Source of the DNA: Octopus vulgaris | Taxonomy: Eukaryota | DNA: 64,000 nucleotides | Assembly (NCBI GenBank): GCA_951406725.2 | Contig: OX597815.1 | Location: forward strand, 212,536,001 to 212,600,000 | Reading direction: 5' to 3' | Shown here: positions 37,836-51,986 of the stretch, piece by piece | Numbering within the stretch: position 1 is the stretch's first letter | How the letters are laid out: every line of letters starts with the position of its first letter | Notes under the pieces: generated by a model | The model's input: the letters and a program-made list of their open reading frames with translations, nothing else | The model's database searches: none | What the model was told of the DNA's origin: nothing | Made by a program: the position numbers and the translations under genes

Positions 37836-38502
37836 ATGGAGACATGTAGACTGATGCTTGAATGGAGACATGTAGATTTGTGCCGCATCCAAGAAGTAAA
37901 GTGGAGAGGAGATTCTGCTAAGTTCCTCACAGGCAAAGAACATAGATACAAGATCTTCTGGGCAAGGAACACTGACGGGGGGGTCGGGGGTATGGGTATA
38001 CTTCTTGCAGAGAAATGGGTTGATAAGGTAATCAAGGTATTCAGAGTCTGTGATAGAATACTCAAAATTAGATTAGTGCTTCATCATGGGTTAGCAACCA
38101 TTATCTTGGCCTATGCCCCTCAGCCGGGGATACCCGATGGACAAAAAGACCAATTTTATGACACCTTCTTGCTGACTACCTCGTCAACGAATGACAGGGA
38201 CCTTCATTTTGTGGCTGGTGATTTCAATGGACATGTTGGTCAACATGCAGGAGGCTTCCATAGCATACATGGAGGCTATAGTTTTGGTTCCTGCAATGAG
38301 GAGGGAACCAGGCTGCTGGAGTTCTGCAATGCAAATGACCTTATGGTTTGCAATACTAACTTCAGGAAAGCTGCCGGCCACCCAGTCACCTACCGATCTG
38401 GCAGTCACACTAGTCAAATTGACTACATCCTTACCAGGCTACTTATAAATGCCAAAACCTTCCCAGGCAAAGAATGTACCCCTCAACATAGACTAGTAGT
38501 TG
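37836..38502 (+). mobile_element. RTE/BovB-like LINE apurinic endonuclease fragment (open frame)
   Basis: IQEVKW, AYAPQ, AGDFNGHVG, NEEGTRLLEFC, SQIDYIL and PQHRLVV are APE motifs; no RT follows. Confidence 0.92.
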
Positions 38503-38529
38503 GTTTCATTCTTATGTCAACAACTATTG

Positions 38530-39172
38530 TATCTTTTATCTTTTACTTGTTACACTCATTGGATTGCAGCCATGCTAGAGCACTGCCTTGAAGGGTTCTA
38601 ATCAAACAAATTTATGCTAGTACTTATTTTTAAGCCTGATATTTATTCTATCAATCTGTTTTGCTGAGCCTGTTAGTTGATGTAAACAATTGACCCCAGC
38701 TGTCAAGCCATAGGAGAGGCAAACACAGACAAACAAAACCACACACATACTATATAGATATACGCTTTTACTCTTTTACTTGTTTCAGTCAGTTGACTGC
38801 GGCCATGCTGAAGCACTGCCTTTAATCGAGCATATCGACCCCAGGACTTATTCTTTGTAAGCATAGTACTTATTCTATCGGTGTCTTTTGCTGAACTGCT
38901 AAGTTACGGGGACATAAACACACTAGCAATGGTTGTCAAGCGATGTGCGGGGGGAGGGGGGGGGGGGCAAACACAGACACACAAACATACACGTATATAT
39001 ATATACATATATATGATGGGCTTCTTTCGGTTTCCATCTACCAAACCCACTCACAAGGCCTTGGTTGGCCCGAGGCTATAGTAGAAGACACTTGGCCAAG
39101 GTACCATGCAGTGGGACTGAACCCAGAACCATGTGGTTGGTAAGCAAGCTACTTACCACACAGCCACTCCTG

Positions 39173-39223
<51 letters not shown>

Positions 39224-39390
39224 TGTATGATGGTGAACCTCTGCACAGTTTCCATCTACCAAATTCACTCACAAGGTATTAGTCAACCTGAAGTTATAAC
39301 AGAAGACACTTGCCAAAGTTGCCACACAATGAGATTGAACCCAAAACCCTGTAGTTACAAAGTAAGCTTCTTAACCATAGAGCCATGCCT
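38530..39390 (-). mobile_element. Cluster of three SINE family A copies (best preserved 38765-39172)
   Basis: Repeated reverse-complement family A segments separated by microsatellites. Confidence 0.82.
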
Positions 39391-40399
39391 TCACTTACTG
39401 TAAAGGAAAAAAACTGTTTCTGAAAAATCTTGTCATTTAGCTTTGAATTTTCACAGAAACATCAGAAACATAATTAAGTCATCCCCAACAATCTCACCAA
39501 ACTATTACAACTTATGCTCATGTAATGTTATTTTTTTAAATTGTAGAATTGTTACAGATTTTCCACTATATTATGAGAATTTTATATTTCATAGTGTGAG
39601 GGAAAAAATGTAATTTGACCTTGTAAAATCTCTTTACAATAGATTCATTCTTCTTCTCAACATTTCTTAACTAAACAGGTTCATTTTTAGTTGCATAATT
39701 TTTCTTTTTATGGATTTTACGTATAAAAGAAAACCATAAACTTTTACAAGTGTCAGGCAATAAATAGGCCTCAGACTAGAAAACTCTACTTGTACATTTA
39801 TTCACTTGTGTATTTGTATATTCACACATCAATTTTGGGAGTAGTCTACAGCCATGATCAGTTCTAAATCCTCTTGATTCCAATCTGATTGAAATCACCC
39901 CTGGTTCTATGATACAAATTCCATTTTAAAGTGATTTAAATTAAAACTTTCAATCAAAATTTCATGTTATACTACACATACTATATATATATACTACATC
40001 ATCATCATCGTTTAACGTCCGCTTTCCATGCTAGCATGGGTTGGACGATTTTGACTGAGGGCTGGCGAACCAGATGGCTGCACCAGGCTCCAATCTTGAC
40101 CTGGCAGAGTTTCTACAGCTGGATGCCTTTCCTAACGCCAACCACTCCGAGAGTGTAGTGGGTGCTTTTTACGTGGGGGCCAGTCAGGTAGTACTGGCAA
40201 TGACTCCGCTCATATTATATATACAACACATATTATATATTCCAAACACCAACTTAATAATGAGAAAGTTATAATTGTAAATTCTTCATTATTTTCAAAA
40301 TTAATTGAAATAAAGGCAGTGCATTTCAAAGTGTTTATGGTAACAAAAGGGTTAAGGAATAAAATATCCTCCAGAAGAATTTTGTTTTTTTTTTTGTTT

Positions 40400-40800
40400 T
40401 TTACTTGTTTCAGTCATTGGACTGTGCCTATGCTGGGGCACCACCTTGAAGGGTTTAGTTAAACAAGTTGACTCCAGGATTTATTTTTAGGTCTGGTACT
40501 TATTCTACACCATCAGTCTCTTTTGCTGAACAGCTACGTCACAGAGATGTAAACAAACCGACAACCAACACCTGTTGTCAAGCAGTGGGATGGGGCAAGG
40601 TGGGGGTAGGGGTGAATGTAATACAAAAACATACATGTAGATGTGCACATGATGAGCTTCTTCCAGTTTCCACCTAAAATATTTGGGGAATTTGGTTGGC
40701 CTGGAGCTTAACTTAGAGGACACTTACCCAAGGAGCCATGCAGTGGGATTGAACCTGAAACCATACGATCAGACAGCAAGCTTCTTTAACACACAGTCAT
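40400..40800 (-). mobile_element. SINE family A, diverged
   Basis: TTACTTGTTTCAGTCATTGGACTG tail and head remnants. Confidence 0.75.
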
Positions 40801-41172
40801 TAAAAAGATTTTAGAAAACCAAGTTGTTTTAGTAACCTAACACCAGACATAGAAACCAAGGGAGAAAAAGCAGACTAAACTTTATAAACAGTGATAGTAA
40901 ATAAAATGTAGTTTCTTTGAACAAAGCAGAGATGAAAATATCATTAAATCTGGCTGTTTTAGAACATTTTGTTTTATGTTAGGATTAAAAGCAAACATAC
41001 ACAGGGCTAGATCTAGATATAGCAGCAGCAGTCAAGTTTAGACATTTAACTACCCCACTAGTTACTACTCAATTGTTTGCTTCCCTTCCAGTTGTTTCTG
41101 GGTTTTTTCTAATACTAAAATAAGAGTGTGAGCTTCCAAGGAGCTCTCTCTCTCGCTCTCTCTCTCTCTCCT

Positions 41173-41208
<36 letters not shown>

Positions 41209-41764
41209 CTCATCACTTCTTTTTACTCAAAATATAGTTTAGTTTTTGATATAAACAGAACATATATAACTTTGGTCAATACCAATATATTTTTTATTTT
41301 GGAATTCCTAAATATAAAGGAAATTCTGTTAGTTCTATCAGTATTGAAATGCCTTCTAAATCATGTGGGGGGCTTTTAATGACAAGCGCTCAGCCTCAGT
41401 AAACATGGTCCGGACTGGATGAGAGATGATAATCACTCCAACATAGAACGGTAGTCTACCAGATCCAACATTTCCAAATAAGTTGCTACCTATTCTTGGT
41501 AGCTGGACTAACTAAAGCCACGCAGAATGATATCACCTGCCCAGAAATACCATGCAACATGTGTAATAGATTAGAACTCACAATTTATGAATTGGTAATT
41601 TAATATGTTATCAACTGATCCATTTCAATTCTACTTAGGTTCATATCTACTTGAAAAAATTCTTAATTTAGTTCAAAGAACAGAGTGCATTCAGTATAAT
41701 TGTTCCTACATTAGCTACAATCATTACTACTAATCATTGTATCAACCAGACTATTGGATGTTAT

Positions 41765-42035
41765 TATACACCACTGATCACAATGCACTTCCTTGCATTG
41801 TCATAGCTTTCAAATGGCGCCACCCCACTTGCTAGACAGGCAGGCCTATGGCATGTAAGTGACCAAGAACACAACGTTCCTCCTACAAAGGATGCCAATT
41901 CATCACATTTGCAACTGACTAGCCTGGAGCAACATGGAATGTTTTGCTCAAGAACACACACAAACCTCCCAGTCCAGGAATTGAAACCATCTTGTAATGG
42001 TGAGTGCAACACCCTAACCACAACATCAAGTGTCT
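41765..42035 (-). mobile_element. CORE-type tRNA SINE
   Basis: CTGGAGCAACATGG...TTGCTCAAGAACAC and B-box GGAATTGAAACC on the reverse strand. Confidence 0.6.
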
Positions 42036-43904
42036 TCACTTATTCTTATTGCAAGCTTCATCACACATCCTATCTGCTGCAGATGTTTTAAAGCAAAGAT
42101 CTGCGAGTTATAGTTAGTTATTCATCCCATGACCGGCATACTCAGTCAGAACTGACCTAGTGCTATGCAACAACAACAGCAACAATAACATTCAACACCA
42201 CAAACATACTGATGCTATCAGGTTTAGCACAACCCTACTGAACCAGCTTCCAATTATATCCATATAAGAGACAAATGGTCAATTTAACTAAACTATAGCC
42301 ATCACACCCAAACAGAAATAATCTGATAGCGTGCACCATACTTTTGGTGCTTATATAGTCGCAAGAAGATACAGAAAGCAGCTCAATTCTCCTACTTCTT
42401 GACCCAACAGAACATTGAGGATATGACAGCTGGTGTAAGTAAAGGGCTTGTGCCAGCACTGGGTTGGAGATCATTTTCAGTTGAGCAGACTGGACCAACA
42501 TGTAATGAAATGTCTAGATCAAGAACACTGCACATGACCTTAGAATTGAAAGCCTTTAATATTACAAAGCCTTTAATATTAGGTCACATGGTATTACATA
42601 AACTTCACATGAATAATTTATAAAGCAATGTTTGCAACTCTGAATCAACATTGTAGTTTAGATATCACTGACCAATGAATGAATCCAGTGGTCAGTGATA
42701 TCATCATCCTCATTATCATTTAACATCCGTTTTCCATACAGGCATGAGTTGGACAGTTTGACAGGATCCAGCAAGTTTCAAGGCTGCACTAAGTTTTAAT
42801 GTCAGCTTTAGCATGGTTTCTACAGCTGGATACCCTTCCTAATGCCAACTATTTTACAGCGTGTACTAGGTGCTTTTTATCACACCCCTGGCACTTGTGA
42901 AGTTGCCAAGCAATTTGCAACAGAGAAGAAGAACAGGGGGGGAGGGGGCAAAAAGGCTCCAGTTACTAAGTATGTATGGTGGGGATTTGAGTGGGTAGGT
43001 GGTTTTATGCCAAGTGTTGAAGACTAAAATATAATAGAGAGACAAGCATAAGCATTTTGCTGATGTGTGACATGTGGGATAACCATTAAATGCTTTGTGT
43101 CATATCCAATTCTGTTCCTGTAAAAAGATTTGAATGGTTTCCAACCTTTTTATTAGGCCAGATTTATAACAGGCATAAAATATTATAAAGTAAGACACCA
43201 ATCACTTGCCATTAAGACTTAGTATTCAATTTCTAGCTGCAGTAAGAAATCACTTCCTAATATTCATGAAAATCAAAATTGGATTCCACCCTACCAAAAA
43301 TTTTTAGACTCCATACCTCATTGGATATGACAATGAAAAATCATTTCAGTAATAGTCATATCAACCTACATCCAAAAATGGAGATGCATTTTTTTTTAAA
43401 GTTTAAATAAAATTAAGTATAACTGTTGTCAACAGATATTTATTATAATTGTTATAAGCAGCAAAACGTTAGCAGCAAATATTTGCAGGTTACAAGAGCT
43501 TTTCATTTGTCAAGTGCAAACAAGTTAAGCAGATCTTGTAATTTGGTACCGTTTTGGCTGCTTCAATATAATAGTCACAAATCATTTATACGACACTCCG
43601 TGAACAAAAAAAAAGTAAATGATATAAAATAAAATAAAACAATTTACTAAACAAAACAGGAAAAATAAGCTTAATGCCAAAATCTTAAAATAGAAAACAG
43701 AAATACAATGACTAGAAAAACATCTGAGGATATAAATAAAGAACTGGATCTTACACATGTGCACACACACACAAAGTCACGGTCTCAGACATAACTGCAT
43801 GTCGTATATGTGTCATTTGTTTGTCTGAAGTGTAGTACTCAAACCCTTATTAGGACTTCCTAGACAAAGGAATAAAGGTAGTCACTGAGTAATTTGAACC
43901 TCTA

Positions 43905-44445
43905 AGGCACCTGTGCCAGTGACACGCAAAAAGTACCTGTGTCGGTGACAACTAAAAAGCACCCATACTGGTGGCACATAAAAGGCACCTGTGCTGATGG
44001 CACATTGAGGGGACTCATGCCAGTGGAACATAGAAGGCACCTATGTCAGTGGCATGTAAAAGGCACCTGTTCTGGTGATACATAAAAGGCATTAGTGCCA
44101 GTGACATGTAAAAGGCACCTGTGTTGGTGACACATAAAAGGCACCTGTGCTGGTGAAATGTTAAAAGGCACCCATGCAGGTGACGAGATAAAGACACCCA
44201 TGTAGGTGACACACTAAAGACACCCAGGCTGGTGATATATTAGAGGCACCTGTGCTGGTGACACTTAAAGGCACCCAGTACATTCTATAGAGTGGTTGGC
44301 ATCAGGAAGAGCACCCAGTCGTAGAAACTAAGCCAAAACAGACAACTGGAGCCTGGTGCAAGCTCTCTGGCTCACCAGCTCCAGTCAAACTGTCTAACCC
44401 ATGCCAGCATGGTAAGCGGATGTTAAATGATTATAATGATGATGA
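43905..44445 (+). repeat. Family R variant with ~15 units of a ~23-24-bp minisatellite
   Basis: AAAGGCACCTGTGCTGGTGACACAT-like units at 43905-44280, followed by the family R tail. Confidence 0.85.
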
Positions 44446-44881
44446 CCCAGACACACCTTGCTTCTGTCCTCACTCACTATACTATTCACTTCATACCTTG
44501 AGGTATCACCTGGATACCTCTTTGCTACTGTTTACCTATTTGGAGACACAACTAATTCATTCTCACTCACTCCCCTAAATGTGAATAGCCATGTAGTTCC
44601 TCTACAACATAAAAACCTGCTGCTCTGCTCCAACCTCTTCTCTCATACCTTAACCTCATCAAGCATAAGGACGCATCCCACCCCTGCCCTTTGCCTCAGG
44701 TTATGTAGACTTGTGAGCTGCATGGTGACCTCAATAGAGCCAGTAGCATAAAAAGAGTACTTAGTACACACTGTAAAGTAGTTGGCATTGGGGAAGGCAT
44801 CTGGCTGTAGAAATCATGTCAAAGCAGACATATAGCACAATGCAGACATCAGACCCATCTAATCATGGATGATGATGATGA

Positions 44882-45345
44882 TCATCATCATCGTTTAGTG
44901 TCCACTTTCCAGGCTAGCATGGGTTGGACGATTTGATTGAGGTCCGGCGAACCAGATGACTGCACCAGTCTCCAATCTGATCTGGCAGAGTTTCTACAAC
45001 TGGATGCCCTTCCTAATGTCAACCACTCCGAGAGTGCACTGAGTGCTTTTACGTGCCACCGGCATGAGGGCCAGTCAGGCGGTACTGGCAATGGCCACGC
45101 TCAAATGGTGGTTCTTATGTGCCACCTGCACAGGAGCCAGTCCAGCGGCACTGACAACAACCTTGTTCGAATGTTTTTTTCATGTGCTACCAGCACAAGT
45201 GCCAGTAAGATGACACAGGTAACAATCACACTCGAATGGTGTTTTTTACGTGCCATCGGCATGGAGACCAGCCTGTTGCTCTGGCAACGATTACGCTCGG
45301 ATGGTGCTCTTAGCGCTCCACTAGCACTGATGCCAGTCAACAAAT
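44882..45345 (-). mobile_element. Family R copy, tail-to-tail with an older plus-strand copy
   Basis: (GAT)n|(ATC)n junction at ~44881. Confidence 0.85.
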
Positions 45346-45399
45346 TTGATAATGATAATATAACTTTACAGAAAGATTAGCTGAGTTTAATATACAAAC

Positions 45400-45605
45400 T
45401 AAGGTGGTGTGCTGGCAGAATCGTTAGTAGCAGTTTTACATGTATCGTCACATTCTGAGTTCCAGTTCCACCAAAGACAACTTTGCCTTTCATCCTTTTG
45501 GGGGATCAATAAAATATGTACCAGGTGAAGGCTGGGGTTGATGTAACTAACTTGACCCCCTCCCCCGAACTTACTGGCCTTGTGCCAAAATTTGAAACCA
45601 ATATA
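45400..45605 (+). mobile_element. SINE family C
   Basis: GCTGGCAGAATCGTTAG head and central domain. Confidence 0.78.
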
Positions 45606-46344
45606 CAAACTAGCATTTAAGGTACAACAGGTGTGGCAGGAATAGAAGGCAGGTACACTAATGATCATCAAGCAAGATTGGCATAAAGCTGGCAAGTTCA
45701 AAGGAGAAAAATGATTCATGAAAAAAAAGGTATGTAAATATTTAGAAAGCCCCTAAGGAGTATTTAAAGGCCAGTAATTAACTCTGTTTCATAGTTTATA
45801 GCAGATGATAGAGAAATCTCTTCCTGATAGTATTCCCAGATAATTTAGTACATAAGAATACTGTATTTTCACTTGGTACCTATTCTTGACAACTAAGTAA
45901 AGACATGCTGCAGTTTTTAATTTGCAACATATGAACAGATAGTTTGGTATCGTACCCACTTGGCCATTTTACTTTTACAAGAAACAAAGTGGTACAAGAA
46001 ACAAAGTGGTGGTGGTGGTGGCGGTGGCAGCATAGACTTAAGTCTTGGGGTGGGGCTTGTAAAGTTTCAAATGTAATAAAAGCTTTCTTGTCACTAGACA
46101 GGTCTTAAAAAAAATAATAAAATGGCTGATTATATGTGTTTGTTGAATAAATTACTCTTGTGTAGGTCATGTTTGTATTTTCTGAAAAGATTAGTAAATA
46201 TTCACAGCTTGAATATATTTTGATACTGGAAGAAAGAAAAAAAAAAATACCACTGTTTTTAATGCTGTCCTGCATTCTTAGCTATGTGAAAAATATGATG
46301 GGACCATGATGAGAGATTATCAAAGGGTTTTAAGCAGAGTATTT

Positions 46345-47395
46345 TTAACTCATTTGATACCAACCTACTAGAGACTGTATTGGTTCTTTAACACAAGCTC
46401 CCTGTTTTAAAATGATTTAACTCTTTAGCATTTAAACCGGTCATATCCAGCATAAATATTCTAGTTGCTTCATGTCCAAACTGACCAGATCAGGCCTTTT
46501 GCACCTACCTTACAATGTCATTCTAAAAATATGCAATCGCATCATCAAAATCTCAAAGCTACAAGATAATACACAATTCAAAACAATGTGAATATATAAG
46601 CATTAATTATGACACAGTAATCTGAATACTAAAGGATCAAATTGAAGCCTTCCAAAATTCCATATTAATTCATGCTTCAAACACCAGATTCCACCTGTTG
46701 TTATGCTCAAACCAGCCACATCCAACTTTTCACACTTACCCGACAACCTCATTCTAAAAATAAATGACCACCCATCAAACTCTCAAAACTATGAGATAAT
46801 GCATGATTTATTTTAAACTAGCAGCATAGCCCGGCGTTGCCCGGGTATGTAAGAGCCCCTAGTAGGCAACGACTAATCCCAATCTAGTCCTTTCCCTCTA
46901 GGGAACTAAGGCGCATGTGTAGGTTGCAATGTCTTCTCTTCACTTAAATACTTCTGTGTATACGATGTTCCTAGCTGTCCCTTTGGGTGAAAACATGAAA
47001 ACATCATTGCGCCTCCCAACGCATGAACAGCCCATGTACAGCCCAGAAAATGTGTTGCATATAAAAAAGCTTAGATTCTCGACCCCATGTCGAATTTATC
47101 GATTTTTTTCAGAACTGGGGCAACTTTTCAAAATTTTCGCTGCGTTAGTTTTGAATTATGACATTGGGCTATGTGTGTGTCAAGTTTCATCAGAATCGGT
47201 TGAAAGCAGTGGTCAGGGTGAGGGTACAACCTGACAGACACACAGACAGACAAACTGCCGTTTATATATAGAGAGATGATGTGAATAGATAAGCATTGCA
47301 TCTGACAAGAGTTAATCTGAATGCTTAACGGATCAATAAGGAAAAGAAATATTTTAATAGATTCCTCATTATTTTCAAAATTAATTGAAATTCTG
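46345..47395. mobile_element. Nested piggyBac-like MITEs (P1-like and P2)
   Basis: P2 copy at ~46421-46636 within a P1-like copy; a second P2 split by the Helitron. Confidence 0.65.
46818..47276 (-). mobile_element. Non-autonomous Helitron, second internal type
   Basis: Same CTAG end and CCCGGGC-AAC-GCCGGG hairpin, TC start, A|T target; different interior from 36755. Confidence 0.82.
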
Positions 47396-47634
47396 AGTTG
47401 AATGAAAACCCACTTACTTGGAAAACAGGTAAGGGTTTGAAACAGGTGGAGCATTCGGCTGTAAAGCAATGGCTCAATAATAGGTATTCATCTAACCCAT
47501 GTTAGCATGGTAAAGTGGACATTAAATGAATGAAATAATACACACACATACACACACAAACAAACAAGCACACACACACATGCAAGTTCAAGTTTAATAC
47601 GCCCATGACCACCTAGACTGCTTTGTAGTGCTTA

Positions 47635-48041
47635 CTACTCTTTTACTTGTTTCAGTCATTTGACTGTGGCCATGCTGGGGCACCACCTTTAGTTGAGCAA
47701 ATCGACCCCAGGACTTATTCTTTGTAAGTCTAGTACTTATTCTATCAGTCCCTTTTGCCAAACTGCTAAGTTACAGGGACGTAAACACACCAGCTTCGGT
47801 TGTCAAGCGATGTTGGGGAGACAAATGCAGACACACAAACATATACACACACATACATATATATATACTAGCAGTATCGCCCGGCGTTGCTTTCAGTTTC
47901 CATCTACCAAATCCACTCACAAGGCTTTGGTCGGCCCAAGGCTATAGTAGAAGACACTTTCCCAAGGTGCCACACAGTGGGACCGAACCCAGAACCATGT
48001 GGTTGATAAGCAAGCTACTTACCACACAGCCACTCCTGCGC
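47635..48041 (-). mobile_element. SINE family A
   Basis: Reverse complement of family A, with a Helitron end remnant inside. Confidence 0.85.
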
Positions 48042-48463
48042 CAATGTTCAAATCACCTACACGTAAGAAGTATGTAAGCTCATTGCTATCCAGGACAAAG
48101 CAGAATGTAATTAACAAGTGTTCCATTAGCTCACTGTGTGGAGTTCAAGTCTTTTTACTAAAGAAAGCAACAGGGAACCACTCCATAGTTTTCTCCCTTA
48201 GAAAATACTGCAAATGTTTCATCATTATGCAGGTGTGTACATATTGCACCTGCATACCACCAGCCACTGCTAGCACACATAGGAGCTCACCTGGAAAACA
48301 GATGGCAACTCATTGCACTCCTCTGTAAGCTCCCACCAAGAACCATCTCAGGCAGCAACTACGCTTTCAGCCTAGAAGCACAGCCCATGTAAACCAGCAT
48401 ACCACTGGCTACACAGCACATTAGTGTATTTCAGGAATAGCTTTCCATTTATATACGCTAAAC

Positions 48464-48499
<36 letters not shown>

Positions 48500-48687
48500 A
48501 TGCTTGGTTAACCATTAGTTTTCCTGCATTGCTTTCTTTCATTTTGTTTTTGTTTTTTGTTACCTGAATATTAACGTGTTTTACCAACATCTTAGCTTTG
48601 TGTAGAAAGGGTTAACACTAACAGATGTATTATTACTTTCCTCTATGCTAATTGATAAAAATAAACTGGCGAGGATTGGGACTTCCT

Positions 48688-49022
48688 CATCATCATCATC
48701 ATCGTTTAACGTCCACCTTCCATGCTAGCATGGGTTGGACGGTTCGACCGGGGTCTGGGAAGCCAGGAAGCCACACTAGGCTCCAGTCTGATCTGGCAGT
48801 GTTTCTACAGCTGGATGCCCTTCCTAATGCCAACCACTCCGTGAGTGTAGTGGGTGCTTTTTACGTGCCACATGCACAGGTGCCAGGCGAGGCTGGCAAC
48901 GGCCACGATCGGTTGGTGCTCTTTACGTGCCACTGGCACAGAAGCCAGTCAAGGCGGTGCTGGCATTGGCCACATTGACTGGCTTCCGTGCTGGTGGCAC
49001 GTAAAAGGCACCAACCAATCGT
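48688..49022 (-). mobile_element. Family R copy
   Basis: (CAT)n tail and GGTGCTTTTTACGTGCCAC repeats. Confidence 0.85.
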
Positions 49023-50914
49023 ACCTCTAGCTATTATCTAATAACAGGAAGTGTTTTGCATTGTTAGAGTGTTAGTGAGAAGAGAATGAACATTATAATG
49101 AACAGGGACCCACTGAAGGTTGATTTTGTGTATAGGTTAACAAGGGTTTTTTTTAATGGAGATTGGTTCTGGAATAAGAGTTCTTATTAGTTGTGTTGCA
49201 ATATAGTAGAAAGGGAAGATGAAGAAGAATGTAGAAGTGTAGAAGTTTGACACATGTTCAATATCTGCATGTGTGTGTATGTGCATTTACATACAAACAC
49301 ATACACACACATACATATATTTATATACACATAACAAAGAATGATTGACTGAAATAGAGCATCTAAAATGAGTCAATATGCGTGCATGCATGCATGCATG
49401 CATATTGCATGTGCTAAACCAAGTGGAAAGTTTTTGTGGACCAAAACAGAAAAATACTGTTATTATTATACATCACAAATAGCTCCCTCAAAGTTGAGAC
49501 TAAATCCTCACAGGTATGTTAACAGTACAAAAAATAAAACCTCTATTTATGTTACTTTGATGTTCTGTTGCAGAAGTAAGTAATCAGACTGAAAATGATT
49601 TTTTATGAGAAAAACACAGCACAGCACCAAAAACTTACAACCATATAACAAAAACATGAATTATATATCAACCCTGCCAATCTATTTTATCATTTGACTA
49701 ATTGTTCTTCTGAGAGAGAAAAACATTAACAGAGAAGAAATTGATATCCTTCGAAATTGTTTTGCATTTGTTGTGATTTCTTGTTTTGTTTTTAATCAGT
49801 GGCTTTTCTCCTAATTTACTATAAAATCTCAAACTTGATGTTTTGATTGAAGTTCCTACTCATTAACCCGTTCGTTACAATACTTCAGTTGAAATAGACC
49901 AGTTCTCTTTTAATTAATTTAAAAAATAATGAAGAATGAATTTAATAAAATAACTGTCGTTAATAAGTTGATATTTGAAATAAACTAATGCAGAATTTGA
50001 TTTGGTTTTAATTTGAAATTTTATTTAGTTCTTATCTAGATCGCTTTAAGACAGGAAGTTTGTACCACAGAGCCCAGGGCAGTCTCAGGTAGTTTGGTAT
50101 GAAAACAGTTGAAATTTATTTAGTAAACCATCAGCCTGAGATAAAGTCTTTTCATGAAAAAAAAATATTCTTGTCACAAAAAGCAAACTGGATGAGGGAA
50201 AATAGAAAATTCATTAGTTTTATAGTCCCAAAATAGGTGGGGGGAAAAAAAGCCAAAATGAACTTTTTTTACTAAAATAATTTTTAAAAAACCACTATTT
50301 TTTTTTTTACACACATCCTAAGTTATGACAGTATAGTAATTCTGAAAACAAAGACTTATGTGCCAATCAATAAGATAAACTATACACATTACCAAAATTA
50401 ACAGAAAGCATTTGCAAGAATAATAATGATGTAGGATGCTTTAGTATTTGCTAATGATTGATCATTTAGAAAAAAAAATTATGAAAATTTTATTATGAAA
50501 TAATAAGCTTTGTCTTAATTGATAGCTTAATGAGTATGTCTTGATAAATGGCAGGTTTAGTTTTTAAAGAAGAATAGTCACCCAATTTTGTCATGGTTAA
50601 AGACAAAACAACTCTTACCTCTCCAATCAAAATATAATATTAATTTCTCTTTAGCATTAGGTTTAGTTCTAACATACTGCCCAGTTCAACATCACTACCT
50701 AGTCCCTAAATTCCTTTAGGGAAATTCACTGTGTTACGACAATTCAAACAAACTCTGAATTTTTCTCCCGGTAAAAATTGATCGGCAAGTGTTCAGGCTA
50801 TATGTAAATCACATCAATCTCTCCAGACCTGGAGGATCCTGTAATGGTGAGGAGATCCCCTGACTAATCTTAACCTTTAACCTTTTAAACTGAACATATC
50901 CTGCCCAAATATTC

Positions 50915-51482
50915 ATAGCAGCCATATTCCTACTACTCTATGTCACGCTGGTGAGACCCATATTGGAGTACGGGATTCAAGCCTCTTCTCCTTATCTCCT
51001 CAAAGACATACAGCATCTCGAAAGAGTCCAGAAGTTGGCTACCCGCATGGTTCTTGGTCTCAAGCATTTGTCTTATGAAGAAAGGCTAAAGACGCTCGAC
51101 CTTTATTCTCTAGAAAAACGCCGCCACCATGGTGATCTCATTCTTGCTCACAACATCATAAGCGGAAAGTGTAACCTCTCGAAGGAGCTGTTCTTCACTC
51201 CTGCTCCAGAGCGTCGGCTGCGGGGTCATTCCGAAAAGCTCTATCTGCGACGATTTCATCTCAATCGAAGGAGAGGGGCTTTTTCCATCCGGGTTGCGGA
51301 TCCGTGGAATAGCTGCTGGACAAGATCGTGAAGATGCCGACGACCGCTTTGTTCAAAGTCTCCCTTGACCACAAGTGGCCTGAACTCTTTACATGAACAC
51401 CACCCTGTACATAACTCCATGTCCCCCTACATGGCCTTGCTTTTTGCTTTTGAGCCAAAAAATTAACTAACTAACTAACTAC
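50915..51482 (+). mobile_element. CR1-clade LINE 3' fragment nested in MITE P2
   Basis: LYVTLVRPILEYG...LERVQKLATRMV...YEERLKTLDLYSLEKRR; (TAAC)n tail; P2 sequence resumes at ~51480. Confidence 0.92.
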
Positions 51483-51749
51483 CTGGTTTCAGTTCAAGCT
51501 GGCCTCTGACCTCTCACACCTACCCGACAATGTCATTCTAGAAATAAACAATCATATCATTGAAATGTTGAAGCTAGGAGGATTAATTCAAAGCATTGGG
51601 AATAACTAAGCATTACATTTAACAGAGTAACCTGAATGCTAAAGAGTTAAAATAAATTGAAATCATGATAATAGAGTCTTACAGAAACAAAATATGGGCT
51701 ACTCTCGAGTGTTAAGCCCCAGCCCTCCCCGGGTGAAGAGTTCTGGCCA

Positions 51750-51986
51750 ACAAGAGTCCTGTACCAGTGCCAAGTAGAAAGCACTCATGCTGGTGCCACA
51801 TGTGAGTGTTCATGTGGTGCCACATAAAATCACCCAGCACACTATATATAGTGGTTAGCAGCAGGAAAGGCATCCAGCCATAGAAACCATGCCAAATCAG
51901 ACTGGAGCCTGGTGCGGCTCCCCAGCTTGCCAACTCTGGTCGACCCATGCCAGCATGGACAACGAATGATGATGATGATGATGATA
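51750..51986 (+). mobile_element. Family R variant (short-unit type)
   Basis: GGTGCCACAT repeats, AGGAAAGGCATCCAGCC and (GAT)n. Confidence 0.75.
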
